Of a stretch of 64,000 bases of DNA, positions 51,098 through 64,000 are shown piece after piece. Made by a program: the position numbers and the translations under genes. The notes beneath the pieces are model-generated. The model saw only the letters and a list, made by a program, of their open reading frames with translations. It had not been told where the DNA came from and made no database searches. Positions within the stretch are counted from its first letter, which is position 1. Each line of letters starts with the position of its first letter. The DNA comes from Phoronis australis (lineage: Eukaryota; Animalia; Phoronida), in assembly GCA_002633005.1 (NCBI GenBank), contig NMRA01000084.1, positions 420,320 to 484,319 on the forward strand. The letters run 5' to 3'.

Positions 51098-52217
51098 CAG
51101 GGCCATAGGAAGCGGGGGGCCGGGGGGGGGCACGTCCCCCCAAAAAAAATCAGGCGTCAGGGTTAAACCGTGGCAACCGACACAGGCGTGGGGCCTGGAA
51201 CAGTCGAGAAAAAAGATTGCAAAATACGGATAAGAGAAAAAAATCATGAGAACATGTACCAGTGCATGGTTTACTTTTTGAGGACCTCGTCCAGGGAACA
51301 TTGTTGGTAGGGTCTCCGCTTTTGCAGCACAGTTCATCTAAAAACACTTGAAACCGTGCCCGTAATCATTCATATATATATTTAAAAGGATCGAGAAAAT
51401 TTGTAAAACTTTTGCGGAGCGTACTAATTTACTGGATTTTCAAATTCAATAAATTAATTTGCGAATGCAAAACTATAATTTTCCAGAGGCCCCTCTCTGG
51501 CAAGCGATAAGGGAGACAATATTCGCTTTATTTTTGTTCTGGAAACTGTAAATCACTTGAGAAAATTTGATAACCTGACAGATAACATAAACTGCTGCGC
51601 ATGTTCTGATTTTTGAAAATATAGATATTTAGGGGTCCACCCTTGAAGGAGGCCATTGATGACATTCAAGTTATCACCTTTTTGTGTTTTTATTGGCACA
51701 TTCGTAAGGAACCTAGAGAGGGCAAAATGTTGGAATCGATTACCTCTATTTTGCTGTTTTTGTGAAATCGTGCAACCGGCTTTCATGTTGAAGAAGGTCA
51801 CTTCCTGTATCGCTTTGTGACCACACGAAGGTGGAATGAACTGTCACTCTTTTTCCAAGCTTAATGATGTTTACCATTTGATCTTAAGGTGTCCCATTTC
51901 AGACGGGACCCTCTATTGGTGGAACAGTTCGGGTTAAATGTCCCTTTGTCCCTCTATACACGTAAATATGACACTGCCAAGTATTGACGAGGGTGTTGAG
52001 ATTTCAAATTCATCAAAATACAAAAAAAAACGTGCACTGCACGAACCAAACAACCAAAAATGTGATAATACACATTAGGATTGCCGCCATCGAAAGAGTG
52101 GAATTTTGAAGAACGTGAAGACCACTACTTGTGAATTACCCAAAAGGACTGTTTCCGATGGTTAGTTATAAAATAATGTATCGCAAGAAAAATATCTCTT
52201 TTGAAGATGGTTACTAT
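51098..52217 (+). mobile_element. ~1.1-kb dispersed repeat, copy 2; hAT-like transposon end
   Basis: Starts CAGGGCCATAGGAAGCGGGGGG; colinear with 38557-39728. Confidence 0.75.
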
Positions 52218-52417
52218 GAGCCGACTTTCTTGTTTTACAACTCATGGTATTTTGTTGTGCCAGACGCCACACATCAAAGTAGCAAAACAGCACAGATTTT
52301 GGAACACCACCATTTGAAGTCATAGGCAAGCACCTCCACAACTTTATTTGCCTGCATTACTGTAATATCATCATAGTTAGAATCTGATTCCAGATGCTTA
52401 AGCTACAAGTGCCTAAG

Positions 52418-52557
52418 CAGGAACGGATCCAAGATTTTGAGTTGGGAAGGATCCAGGGCAGGGTATTAGCCAGAATTTCGCACCCCCGAACGGCCAAATG
52501 GAATCTGGGAGAATTTTAGAGGAGCATGGCCCCCTTCCCCCCTTAAATCCGCCACTG
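52418..52557 (-). mobile_element. MITE family A copy (reverse orientation)
   Basis: CAGGAACGGATCCAAGATTTTGAG ... AAATCCGCCACTG. Confidence 0.8.
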
Positions 52558-53485
52558 TTGAGCAACTACTGTTTAAGTCATTTTCAGAGATTTCAACAAG
52601 GCGATTACCGGAACATTCCGAAAGAATACAACTGCAAAAGGCTAAATTTCTTAGATCATAAACTTACGCAAAATGTTACGGACATTGCGTACCTCGCCTA
52701 AGTCGATTAAAAAGGGTGCTAAACAGTTTCGTTCTTGTTGTTTTGTTTTTATTTGGGAAAATTGTCCCAATCCCTTGCTTAATGGAAATACGTAGTAGGA
52801 GACTTCGAAGACAATTTATTGTCAACATATTGGATGAAATATTCCAATCGACAACAACAAATGCAACACTTCTGAGTGGACGCAAACGCTTTCTTTTTGG
52901 CGCTCTGGCACAAGATGTCTTTAGCTGCAATCTTCTGACGTGTAGCTTGGGTTAATATAGATGTATACTCCGACAGACCACCAAGTCTGTTGGTATGCCA
53001 AAAGAGCAAAGTTGGTTCTAGTCTTTAAGCGGATTGCTCTTAAACTCCTTCGACCTCCACACCCCTTGATCCCTTCTACCCACGACCCTCTCGACTACCG
53101 AACTGTGGCAATAGAGGTACTTTTGCGATTTTTACATATTTCAAAATCTTATTGTGTAGCGGAGTGACTTTCCTTGAAGACGTGGTGGAACAGAGAGGTC
53201 GACGATCATTGGCCTTGCAGATTTTCGCGAAATTAAAAGCAAACCAAAAGTACATTCACGTAAGAAATCGACGAGGGACTTTTACAAAAGATCTCCGAAC
53301 AACTGCTGAAGTGTTGTCTGAGATAAAATCAGTGTAATTCTCAGTTTAACGTCTTGCATTTCATCATGATTCCTGCGTCATTGTGGCCGATTTTGGCTCT
53401 TTATTGTAATTATTCAGTGTCAGTCAGGTATGGGAATGTCGTTAAAGACATTTAATGTGTTTTACTCCTTTTAAATAATAAGGTT

Positions 53486-53559
53486 ACTAGGGCGGCACAC
53501 CATAGGAGGCTAGGTGCTACAGCCCCCCCCCCACTTATTTCAGTGCTGCACACCCCATG
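53486..53559 (+). mobile_element. MITE family B, single-unit copy
   Basis: GGGCGGCACACCATAGG...GCTACAGCCCC...TTTCAGTGCTGCACACCCCATG. Confidence 0.6.
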
Positions 53560-54688
53560 CTCATGCACAGGACATTTTTTTATCGCACACACCGTTGAAA
53601 GTCTATGCAATTGTTATTGTAGCCGTGCACTACACATTTGTCGTAAATAATTAACTTCCGGTCAAAGAAGGCGGAAATATCAGTCATTGCGCTTGGACAC
53701 ACCGAATTCAGGATGAAGACTTTTCTCATGTAGACGGGTCATTTTAGAACCAGATGCTTTGAAACTTTTCATGTTTAATTTCTTGCGACTATGAATTATT
53801 AAGTGCTGCTAACCCTAACGCAATTTTCAAACGTGCTGGCGTGTTATTTTGAACAGGAAGAGCAAATGACGTGCATTTTTGAATGTGGATTCTTTAAGGC
53901 ATACTCTTTCTAATGAACGGCAACATTTTTCACAATACTTATCATTCTTGAGTAATTTGAACTTCAGTTTTTAAAGAAGCAAAATTTGAAATTTGTCGAA
54001 CATTTTATAGAATTTTGTAATACTAATTTGTTAAGTAAACTTTTGAACCGACTTTCAGACGGAGTTTTCCATTTTAGCTAGTAAATCTCTTATTCTAATT
54101 ATTCGGGGTTTTCTGAATGCGCTGTTAGTTTGTTGACTGGTTTTAGCTGCGCATTAGATGGTTTACCCTCTTCTAAACAAGATTATATTTCTTATTCATT
54201 TCTGACATCTTCATTTGTGATATGATTGTTATCACCATGTTCATCATCGCTAACATCATCATTATCGTTATCACTGACATCATCGTCAACGCGGCAAGTG
54301 TTTTGTTCAACGCATGTTGCATAATCACTACGTACCCTCAATCACTATGCGTACTTTACTTATGTACACGCACTTAATGATGGCCCATAAAAGACTCTGT
54401 GCGGTTAAGGAAGGCTCCTCAAATTCCTGGCATTAGTAAGTGGTTCCAACCGATCTTTTGGGCTTAGTAGGTGCCTTAAGAGATAGGAGAAATTACTACA
54501 ATTAGTGTTGGCTAATGCGATGTTTCGGAACTTGCCGGAATAGCATCCCTGAGCAAAAGTCGAATTTATTTACAATGTATATGAACTTTTGTGGGTTTGA
54601 AACTTACTTGTTCCTCACAAATCTGCTTGGTTAAGAAAAACTAACAACTACAACCTTCGAAATTAAAACTTTATTCTTCGACAAATGG

Positions 54689-54751
54689 CTAATTTTGCGC
54701 ATTGAATAACTAAGTTTGCGCGTTGAATAACTAATTTTGCTCGTTAAATAA
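54689..54751 (+). repeat. 21-bp minisatellite x3
   Basis: CTAATTTTGCGCATTGAATAA / CTAAGTTTGCGCGTTGAATAA / CTAATTTTGCTCGTTAAATAA. Confidence 0.85.
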
Positions 54752-56157
54752 GCACAACAATGCAAGTTGAAGTTGTGTTGCAACCTTTCTTGAGAGCAAA
54801 CGTATGGTAACACGCGTTTTGCAATCATTCGCCCTTTTACAGAAATGTTGACACGGAGTATTCGCAGTTGGTTATAGGACATTGTTCGTTCGCCCGCAGA
54901 CCAAACAAATTAACGTTTCCGATGCCAAGAAAGGAGAACTTAATACATATCTAGACCAGGACGCGTACACGTCAAATGTAGAACATCAGTAACACAGTGA
55001 ACTGAATTTCCTCACCCTTTTCCTCCACGAAGAAAAAATTATACCACTGGTTTTGATTATACTCTCCGTAAAAATAGCGGTCTTGACATTCACGCAGCGT
55101 TTTTTAAGTTTATGTGCAGTAGCTTCCTAGAAAAATAACAAAATCAAGCAATAGAACATCACTGAAAGGGACGATTGGATTCATACATCTATGACGTTGT
55201 CGTATATGTTCATACGTGTTTTCATAAACGTTGTTAGGAATTGATTCTAAACTGATCTAGTATTACGTAAGCGAATAACAAAATAGGACTTTCTTGATGT
55301 CATGAAAAAATAGCGTTACATCGCGTGAAAATGAAAATTCTGGCTCCGAGAGTTGTGACAAGCAACGTGTTTGAGGTTTCAACGTGAGCACTTACATCCA
55401 AAGAAATTTTGAATATTCAACATGACCCCCCTCTGAAAGTATTGTTTCATTTCAGGAATAATTGGATGATGAACTGTAATGTGATTAACAACGCTAGACA
55501 TTTTACAATACTAACATTGGCACCTTAAAACGCATGTGTACACATTTCAGTTCGTGTGCATGTGTATCGCATTTTATTCAGACGTTTACCTATTCTTTGC
55601 ACGCAGCAATTACTAGTAGTACACACGAGAAATTAAAGATGTCGCTGTAAGTCTTTGGCCGAGAGAATGAAGGTTAAAAGTAGACCAGCCGAGACATTCA
55701 GAACAAAGCGGCCATTTTGGGGAAAAACTGAATGTCGCTCGGAGGCCTTGCGGTTGGAGTTAAGTACTATATTAAAACACGTTACTGTCACTCGAGGTTA
55801 TCCACAGTTCTGGAATTGGATTTTGCCGTGTTACATGTTTATATAGTCCACGTTAAACTTGGTAATCACGAAAAATATTACTCATTGTTAAACTTCCCAG
55901 TTATTATTGAAATCTGATGGCCGGTCTACGTTTCGCGAAGTCTTAAAATACCATGTAAACACACGATAAGGACTTGTTGTATTTACGACATGTTATAAAC
56001 TAGAAGTTGTCAGAGCTGATCGTATGTGCTGGGCAATACTTGTCATCGGTTTACTGTCTCTTGTACCTAGTTTGATAATTAGAACAAAGTTAGATATTGT
56101 GAACCGCATTTGTTGTAGAACGTCCGTACGTGTACACGTGGTTTGAATTAAATTTTA

Positions 56158-56690
56158 ACCCTACGTGTCAGCGTAGCGCTTGAATTTCGTTAAATAATCC
56201 CCGCGTACCTCTTTACTGCCGGGTACCCTTTGAAGTGTTCAATAAAACTCTAAATTTACTCATCTTCTTTGCACTCAGTGGCTACTTTGCTTACAACTCA
56301 TACAAACGTGGCATTTTGGTTGATTTTGCTTAAGCTCGTTTGCTCACTTCGATTGTCCTAATTACAATTACGAAAACCTTCTGATGAAGAATGCAATTAT
56401 CATGATTACTTGCGTTCTTACGAAATGAAATGTTGACCCTGCGTGTCAGCGAAGCGCGCCGTGTTCATTAAATGATCCCAGCGTACATCTGTAATGTCGG
56501 GTACCCTTTAAAGTGTTCAATAAAACTCTAAAGTTACTCATCTCCTTTCGAGTCAGTGCCTACTTTGCTTACAAGTCAGCCAAAGGGGCGATTTTTGGAT
56601 GAGTTTGCTTAAGCTCACAAATAACACGAATGCGCAACAAAATTAACCGAGAACATTTTAAGCTTGTCAGCTCACTCCCATTGTTCCTAT
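56158..56690 (+). repeat. Diverged tandem duplication, ~278-bp period
   Basis: ACCCT.CGTGTCAGCG.AGCGC...GGGTACCCTTT.AAGTGTTCAATAAAACTCTAAA.TTACTCATCT...TTTGCTTAAGCTC at 56158 and 56436. Confidence 0.85.
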
Positions 56691-58280
56691 TGCAAATTTC
56701 CTAGAGATAAGGCTTACGAAGATGAAATGGATATAAAATTTAAAGCGGCTATAAACCCCCGTGCCGCCAAAGAAACTAACCTTTAATTTAAATCACTTTG
56801 AGTCATAAAAGTGACCTCAATTTGTTCAAAACTCAGAGGAGGAATGGTTTCAGAGCTTGAAAAAACTAATACCTCGTCGTCTACGTCAGGGCATTACCTG
56901 TAGAACGGCAACACGTGACAACCTGACACGTAGGCTCTGGTATCAAGCAATAGCAAGCCGTGATGACCTGACACGTACTAGACCCTGGTCTCTAGCAATG
57001 GAGAGATGTCAGTTATTCTCAATTTCAGAATTCATCTCTAATTTAGTAGTAAAGGAAATGAGCGAGACCAATTTCACAAGTGTCTACCGAAATCAAAAGT
57101 TGGGTTTTGTGGCAGAACGCGGGTTTCTTACCGTCTGTAACTCGATAGTTTACCGTAATGTATCCACCGACTACGGAGTACCTTCCTTTTTGAAGTCAAT
57201 ACTACGCCATAACATTACTTGAAAGTTTTCTTATTTTTTGCTGTTACGTCTAGTGGCTGCGCGGTGCGCCATTTTGAGAATTCACGTCTACCCTGTTGAA
57301 GGCTAATCGAACTCGAACCGTTGACGTCACAGACTGTGCATGTCTTGATGAAGTAAATTGAATACATGTACGCCCGGTTTCGCAGCAAACTCGTGCTCGC
57401 AGGTGTTTGCATTTCACGTTCGGTACGACCTCGATTCATTTAAAGTACTTCTTGTATCATTATAGCCCATATCTTCATAAAATACGCAAACCGAGTTCAT
57501 AAAAACTTCCAACTGATACTAATTCACCATGTATCTGCGTTGCAGAGCCAAAACCGGCAGCGCTTTGTTTATTTCCTACGTGAAAACTTAGGTGTTGCGA
57601 CAACAAAATCATCATCTCAGTTGATAACAGGGAATGAGGCTCTAGTATACACAATATTTGTCTGTGATTTACAAAATGTTCCTAGCTATGTCAATACATA
57701 TTTCTGCCGAGGAGCCTTATGCATTTTGGTGCTCATACATTTAGTAACTTCCCTGCGTCTTGAAACTGCTGTCCGCAGTTTTAGAAATACTAGTTGCTGG
57801 ATTAGGCATTAAAGATGGGGTAATTGTAAGTAATCCAATGTGAATGATGACAGGCGTTTGACCAAATAAAACTTTACGACTTCTTCAAAGACCAGGTTTT
57901 ATTACCAACCTTATCAGTTGGATTACTTAAATAGATTACAAATGCAAAGTTGGGTCAACGGAAATTTGTTTTTACGATTTATTTATAAAACATGTTTCGC
58001 ATTTTTACCCATAAACAAATGGTTGTGAATCTACTTCACCAGTATAGCAATTTGTAATGCGTTATTCAAAAGAATGAATGACTATTATTTTTGATATTTG
58101 TAAACTTTCTCGTGTACTCTGCCTTGTGTAGGGCGAGGGTGCGCAATGGTGGTACCTCATCACAGCAAATTACACTCTGCTTGCATTTAAGTTGCTAAGC
58201 GACAGAAGTGAAGTAGTCAGGTTGACAAAAATGCGATAAAAAGTACTTTTTCATCGCAATCAGTTTTCAACTAGACGCCG

Positions 58281-58525
58281 TCATTTGTCCAATTTACAGA
58301 TCTTGGCATTTATTTCTTTAATCTGTTGTTTTTCCTTCTTCAGTTTCATGCGGCGGTTCTGGAACCATATTTTCACTTGTCTCTCTGTCAAGCGAAGTGT
58401 GTGAGCAATTTCTATTCTCCGTTTTCTCGTCAAATAGTTATTAAACTGAAATTCTTTTTCCAGCTCCAAAGTTTGATAACGACTGTACGTTTGACGACCT
58501 CTTCTTCGTTGAGCGGAATTCGGGC
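58281..58525 (-). CDS. Lox4: Lox4 Hox gene, homeobox exon (5' exon not found in the window)
   Basis: Phase-1 acceptor ctctttttag|GC CCG AAT. Encodes [73 protein letters not shown]. The YSRY, EFQFN, LTRKRR and MKLKKE residues and the UbdA-type peptide QQIKEIN are Lox4 signatures. Confidence 0.93.
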
Positions 58526-60204
58526 CTAAAAAGAGCGAAACAGAGACTATTAAATAAAACACCTATGTAGCAAACACACCGCGAAACTATCTTTGCTTCG
58601 GATTTGTGAACCGCCTGCTATACGGAAGATGACCGATCAAGGTAATTTGCCTAGTTTCGGGTTTGAAATTTTTAATTACTTTTCATCAAAATATTAACAC
58701 AAAATTATCTAATCATAATCGGCAAATATCTTAAGTCGTCCACAAACATCTGGGTTTTAACGAAAAAAATTACGACAAAAACTTGGTCTTAGTCTCTACA
58801 TATCTATTTCAGAAAATTAATGAAACATCAAATTTGAGCAAAAGTGCACAGTCCCTGACAACTACTGAATTAATTTCTATAAAATATTTGTAGACTGTGA
58901 TGCGCTGATATGTACATGTATATGTACATGGCTAAACCCTTTTTCAGCAATAGCGAAACAGTGAGCGTAAGAAACAATTTCTGTCTTTAAGCCACTTTCA
59001 TGCAACAGGCACCTAAAGTTTACATAGAAATAAAGTATCTTGAATCGTGGCAGTCATTTTGTATCTTGTCGGTGATGTCTATAGGTTCTGTACATGTAGC
59101 TGCCTCTAAACACACCTGCTGGCTAGCGAGTTCCGAGCAGGTTAGTATAAATATACATATTCATCGTCGATATGTGTTCTGGCAGTTTTGTTTGCCACAA
59201 TTCCGTGTAAAATGCACAGCATCGTCTCCGTCACGTTTGCCAAGTGACTGATCTATTCATATTTTTGGATGGAAGGTGAGTATATTAACTACGATCGGTT
59301 TCTTTTATGTTAAGGCTATCTCCCTCCAATCTCTGACAGATTTATGAGATGGGCTTAGATGTCCCGAGCTTGCGACATTATCTGCGAGCGAAGCTTTGCA
59401 ATTTCAGTGTGTAATTCATAAGAAGATAATGCCTTTACTAATGCATCTTTTTATAAAAAATATACTTTGACTGGTCAAACTCATTCCATAACGTAACGTT
59501 TCAGCAAGTCCGCTTACCACGTTGGGTGTGTGCAAATTCATAAAGTGTTATTTCTCAACGTGCTGGGAGTACTGTGGCCGGTTGCATGAAAAGGTCCCAA
59601 ATAGGGACTCAACTAAATTCCCTAAGTCTTTGTGTGTCTTTATGAACTCACAGATGCAATATTTTTCTTTCCTTTCATCTTGAACATGAGCTCGTCTTTG
59701 ATTAATGACATTTTGTAATAATGTAACTAAAATGAGTCCACATATCATTGAAAATAAATAGGGACTCAGTCCTTAAATTGGGGGTGTTACATGAAAAGAT
59801 TCTTACTTATTTTAGATAGTATTGACAATTTAACGTTGGGCTCATTCTCAATTTGTAGCAAAGTCAAAAGTTGACTAAGTAATGAAACTGAAACAATGCA
59901 AGAAAGGGTAATCGATGTTTTCACAAGTTTAAAAATAAGCAGTGGATTTAGAAAACTTAGTTGTGTCCGTATTTGGGATTGTTTCATGCAACCGGACACA
60001 GTATGATTGCATGTCAGGTTTTCAAAATTATTTCCCGCTTCGTTTTAGTTAAAATTTCCTGAAGCAAAGTTTTACATAAACCAATTTAGTCGAAACTCTA
60101 TCTCAAATGGTGTTGTTTCATCACGTCATTAAATCTGTCAAAATATGTAGTCTAAGATTTAAATGTTGAATTTCCAAAATTTTGCCGTCACAGTTGAATG
60201 GCGC

Positions 60205-60465
60205 TTAAAGTGGCACTACTCTCTCTTTAGGTGACTGAAAAATGAAAATCAAATTAGTCGTTTTACTCTTATCAAATCAGTTTCATATTATTCATTACGC
60301 TCAGGAATTGAGTTCATTCGCCGTCGTCGATCTCTGAAGGGTTTTCTTGAGAAGTATTTTTTGGTAATGGAAATAAAATTCTATCACGGTAATGGACATT
60401 ATGAAAGCGATTTGATAAGAGTAAAAGGTCTCAATCAGTTTTCATTTTTAGTCATCTAAATGGGG
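60205..60465. mobile_element. Palindromic MITE, possibly Kolobok-like
   Basis: ~75-bp imperfect inverted arms (60226-60299 vs 60387-60460, for example TTTTACTCTTATCAAATC / GATTTGATAAGAGTAAAA). The left end is TTAA|AGTGGCAC; the right terminus is eroded. Confidence 0.65.
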
Positions 60466-61367
60466 AAAATGCGTCTAAAATCCATTTCTGTAGGCTTTTT
60501 ATAAAATATCGGTTAACAAGATAACGACATCGCTTACCCAGAGAAAAGGTCACAACCCCCGGCCTCTGACATAAAAAGTCGTTACAAAGCCGAGGAGAAT
60601 CGAAAAAGGTAGATCGATCCATTGCAATGTTTTTCGTGCGTGATGTGGTATAGCTAGATTATTACATGTTCTCAGTCGTTATCCTCTTCATCTAGAGCCC
60701 TCGTGGATTTTGCAAAATTATCAAACTCGAGGGCGATATTTCTCCAAAATCCACTCGGGCTCTAGATTACGGGATATAACGACTTCGTCGTCTAATAATC
60801 TATGTATGAAGGGAAGAATTGGTAAGCCAGTTAAGGTTTTGTGGCACCCAAGAGAAATGTCACGACTTATTTCAGGTGATCATATTTATATTAAAAGTTA
60901 AATACCATACTTTATATGTATGAACTGTTCTCCAAAACGTTCTTAAAATGTTCCACTTTTACACGAGATGCTGTGGAAAATAAGATTATTTTTGAGATCA
61001 GACGAAATTTGGCCTTTAAGTGAAAGAGCCGTTTTGCTATGAGTGTGCCTTTCTTTTTAGCTAAATGCTAGTGTTCACATTACCCAACGAATTGGAAATT
61101 GATATTAGGTGAAAATCAAATTCTACGGACCTATTTTCAGAAAGTCAACTATGTAGCTTTGCAGCTGATTGACCAAATGTCCCAACTTACATGTATAGAT
61201 AAGGTCCTGCACTACCTTAGTTATCAACCTTTGCCTCCCGGTGGGCGCAGTGTGTGCATGCAGATGAAGCCATTTTGCTTCAAGACAGACACTGTGTTCA
61301 TCTACTTCGTACAAGTTTGAGTGCATGCCTAATACGCAACATACATGTAGATATACTCATAAACGTA

Positions 61368-62170
61368 GATGTGATGGATGCATAGATACAGTATGTTGAT
61401 TGGTGAATGGGCGGGTGAACTGGTGGGTGGGTTGATGAGTAGATAGATAGATTAACGTGGGAATTGGCTGGAAAATGGGTGGATATTTGAAAAAATGGAT
61501 GGTCACAGAGGCGGATCTACAGGGGGATTCAGAGGGTTAGATCCCAACTCTCGGGACAGGATAAAAAATAAAGATTTTAAAAAAATCTCCAGAAAAACGA
61601 AATCAGCTACTAAAAACCACAAAAAATCTTACACAGGAGGAGGAAAACCATCTCCCGACCTTCCTTCCCCTCGGCGCTACGCGCCTCGGATTCGCTCGTA
61701 TCCTAACCCCCCTTACTGAAAACGTAGATCTGCCACTGGGTCTTGGATCGATGGACGAATAGGTGGATTGGTGGATGGGTCGTTGCAATGTTGAAAGGGT
61801 AGAAGGCTGGATAAACTGATGGACTTATGGATAATTGAATTGATGGATGAACGGTTGTATTAATTAACTGATGATTGGATTGAAGACTGGATTGATGGAT
61901 GGATGGATGGGTAGGTGTATGGATATTTGGATTGATGGTGGGACGAATGGGTCGATGGACGAGTAAATTGGTTGAAGGGCTGTTTTGTAGACGAATGGGT
62001 GGATGAGTGGGTTATTGGGCGCGTGTGTAATGGTGAATAGATGGATGGATGGATGGGAGATTCGGTTCATTTGAGGACGGATAGAAGGATAAACGGGTAA
62101 ATAAAATTGTTGCTTCAGGGTCCGGGGATGGATGGATGGGTTGATCAATAGTTGGACAGATGGATGGGTG
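61368..62170. repeat. Degenerate (GGAT)n tetranucleotide tract in the Lox4 intron
   Basis: gatggatggatgggt... over ~800 bp, interrupted by the MITE at 61506-61738. Confidence 0.85.
61506..61738 (+). mobile_element. MITE related to family A by its termini
   Basis: 15-bp TIRs CAGAGGCGGATCTAC / GTAGATCTGCCACTG; flanks GGTCA / GGTCT (4/5 match). Confidence 0.8.
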
Positions 62171-62524
62171 TAAACTGTATGGAAGGATGTTGAAAAACAT
62201 TAGAAGGGCAATGTTAACATGTATCGCCGACCTGCCAAAGACCAAGCATAATAAAATGTAACGCAAAAGAGGAACTAAGTGATTTTTGTTCTACTCTCTG
62301 TGTTCATCACAGCGCAGAAAGAGTAACTTTTTTATCGTGCTATATCTTTTAAACTTGGCGTAGTGCGAATTTGATAGGAACTTTCAGCGATCTCAGAAGA
62401 ACGTGCATGTGCTTCTGTAATAACTAGACGCATTTTAGTCATTCTGTCGCGTCTATAGTGAATTGTGATGTTGAAATAAATTCCTTTTGAATTTAAATTT
62501 TAGACATTCCTTGTCGTTAAACTA

Positions 62525-62952
62525 CGAGCTATCACCATCCCTGTAGTCACAAGCGCTTGAGGTTTCCAAGTTCGAATCCGCGCCGGTGCGGATCTCAGAA
62601 ATGGCATTTTCCCGCCGACAATGTAACTTTAACAGCGTATACTTTATATTGGATAACCAGCTCTGGTAATATTTGGTATATGCTTAAGTATTTAATCTTT
62701 TGTGCCCTGCCAAGGCCAAAAGTCTATTTTGAAGAACGCTAAATACGTTTATACAATGAACGTTAGATATAAGACATATTAGACATGTGTTTATTTTATA
62801 AATTTGGTTAGATAAGATGACACTGCTCCGTTTGACTCAGTCGTTAAATTGACATTATCGGAGAGAAAATTGGTTTTGTGAGATGAGTCTCCGGCGCAGA
62901 TTTGACACTGGAACCCTCCCAGTCGCTGTCAAATACTCAGCTGGCGGAGCTA
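62525..62952. mobile_element. Two possible degenerate tRNA-derived SINE heads in inverted orientation
   Basis: A B-box-like GTTCGAATCCGCGCCGG at 62570 (+), and TAGCTCCGCCAGCTGAG...GTGTCAAATCTGCGCCGG at 62952-62891 (-). Confidence 0.3.
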
Positions 62953-64000
62953 AATCCTAAAATCTCCACATACTAATGATCTTTCCCTCTAGTTAGAACA
63001 AGTCTGCGTTATGACGAACACTACAACGTCGAATAAGCGTTTTGAATTCTTTACGTAGGTAAACTAGCCTCGTCCTGAATTAATGAGACTTCTTTAGCAG
63101 TACGCACTACATGCACTTGCCCACAGTGTTGCACGTTCGTCGCAATGTGAGCAAAATAGCTGGTTTGAAAGCGCAATAATATTCAAAAAGTCAACTCTTG
63201 TTTCTTTACTTCCTCAAACGTTGACTACAGTGCATACATGTACACGCAAAAGAATGACAGTGGTGATGACGTTGTGTGGCTTTATTTTTCTACCTCACTA
63301 TTTAGGAGAGCTTATTTCGCATGTTAACGACATGGTTTAAATTTTGTGTCTTCAGAACAATTTAATTCATCTTAACAGATCATGTGACACTACAGCATGA
63401 CTAAAAGCTTACGCAATACATTTATGCTGTTCTTACTTTTATTTTATGAATTTGCAAATCAAATGAGCTTTATTCGTATTGCTGCGGCCTGATTCTAAGA
63501 TACGTTTCTTTCCAATTTGGTTGAAAAATAGTCAAAACGCGTTCCCAAATGACACTTTTTAAGAACTACGTGTTCTTTATCAACGTATAACATTCTGTAG
63601 AATGTCTAACTTTATTTTTTGAAATTCTGGTGGCGCACAAAATGGCTGTCACAGGTGAAAGACGCTTAATAAGAAACGCAAACTATAATTCTGACGGAAT
63701 TCATAAATTTTGCTTTAATGATAAATTTCGATTTGTGAGACTAATTCTGTGTTTTCATTGGTAGATTAGAGGTAGTATGCTTAAAACCGCCAAAGATAAA
63801 ATCGGATGGTATCCGATATTCTCTACATGACAATTTATTGAAACATTTTAATCAACTATTCATCTTCGCTAAAAGAGAAAAAGTGAAATGGCGCATTTGA
63901 TTCGGCGGATTTTTACCAAAAACAGCGAAATTAATTAATTTCCAAGCTAAACATAAAGTTACACAATTGATCTACGTAACCTAACTAAACGGTTCTAATA

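Noticed and set aside
38557-52217. Direct repeats as LTRs of a retrotransposon
   Set aside because: There are no TG...CA ends, PBS or gag/pol remnants. The copies are strongly diverged and begin with a DNA-transposon-like terminus.
58526-64000. Lox4 first coding exon
   Set aside because: No minus-strand ORF with a YPWM-like motif and donor was seen; it is presumed to lie beyond the window.

Overview
This is animal genomic DNA, AT-rich, with one 12-N gap. It holds the central part of a spiralian (lophotrochozoan) Hox cluster, with three homeobox genes on the minus strand in the canonical order Lox5 - Antp - Lox4. Lox5 has 2 coding exons (about 252 aa) and the KLTGP parapeptide. The Antp-position gene is divergent: 3 coding exons (about 226 aa), a YAWM hexapeptide, an intron inside the homeobox and a UbdA-like tail. 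Only the homeobox exon of Lox4 is present; exon 1 was not found and probably lies beyond 64000. The intergenic DNA is rich in transposons: a decayed 5.1-kb Academ DNA transposon with intact ends and TSD, two MITE families with 5-bp TSDs, two copies of a hAT-like end, a Kolobok-like MITE and LINE/SINE-like debris. The most striking item is a DINE-1/HINE-like element just 3' of the Antp-position gene. Its ~145-bp tandem repeat carries a near-consensus CTCF motif in almost every monomer, all in one orientation, making it a candidate transposon-borne insulator array between the Antp and Lox5 domains. All calls were made by eye from the sequence; no searches were run.
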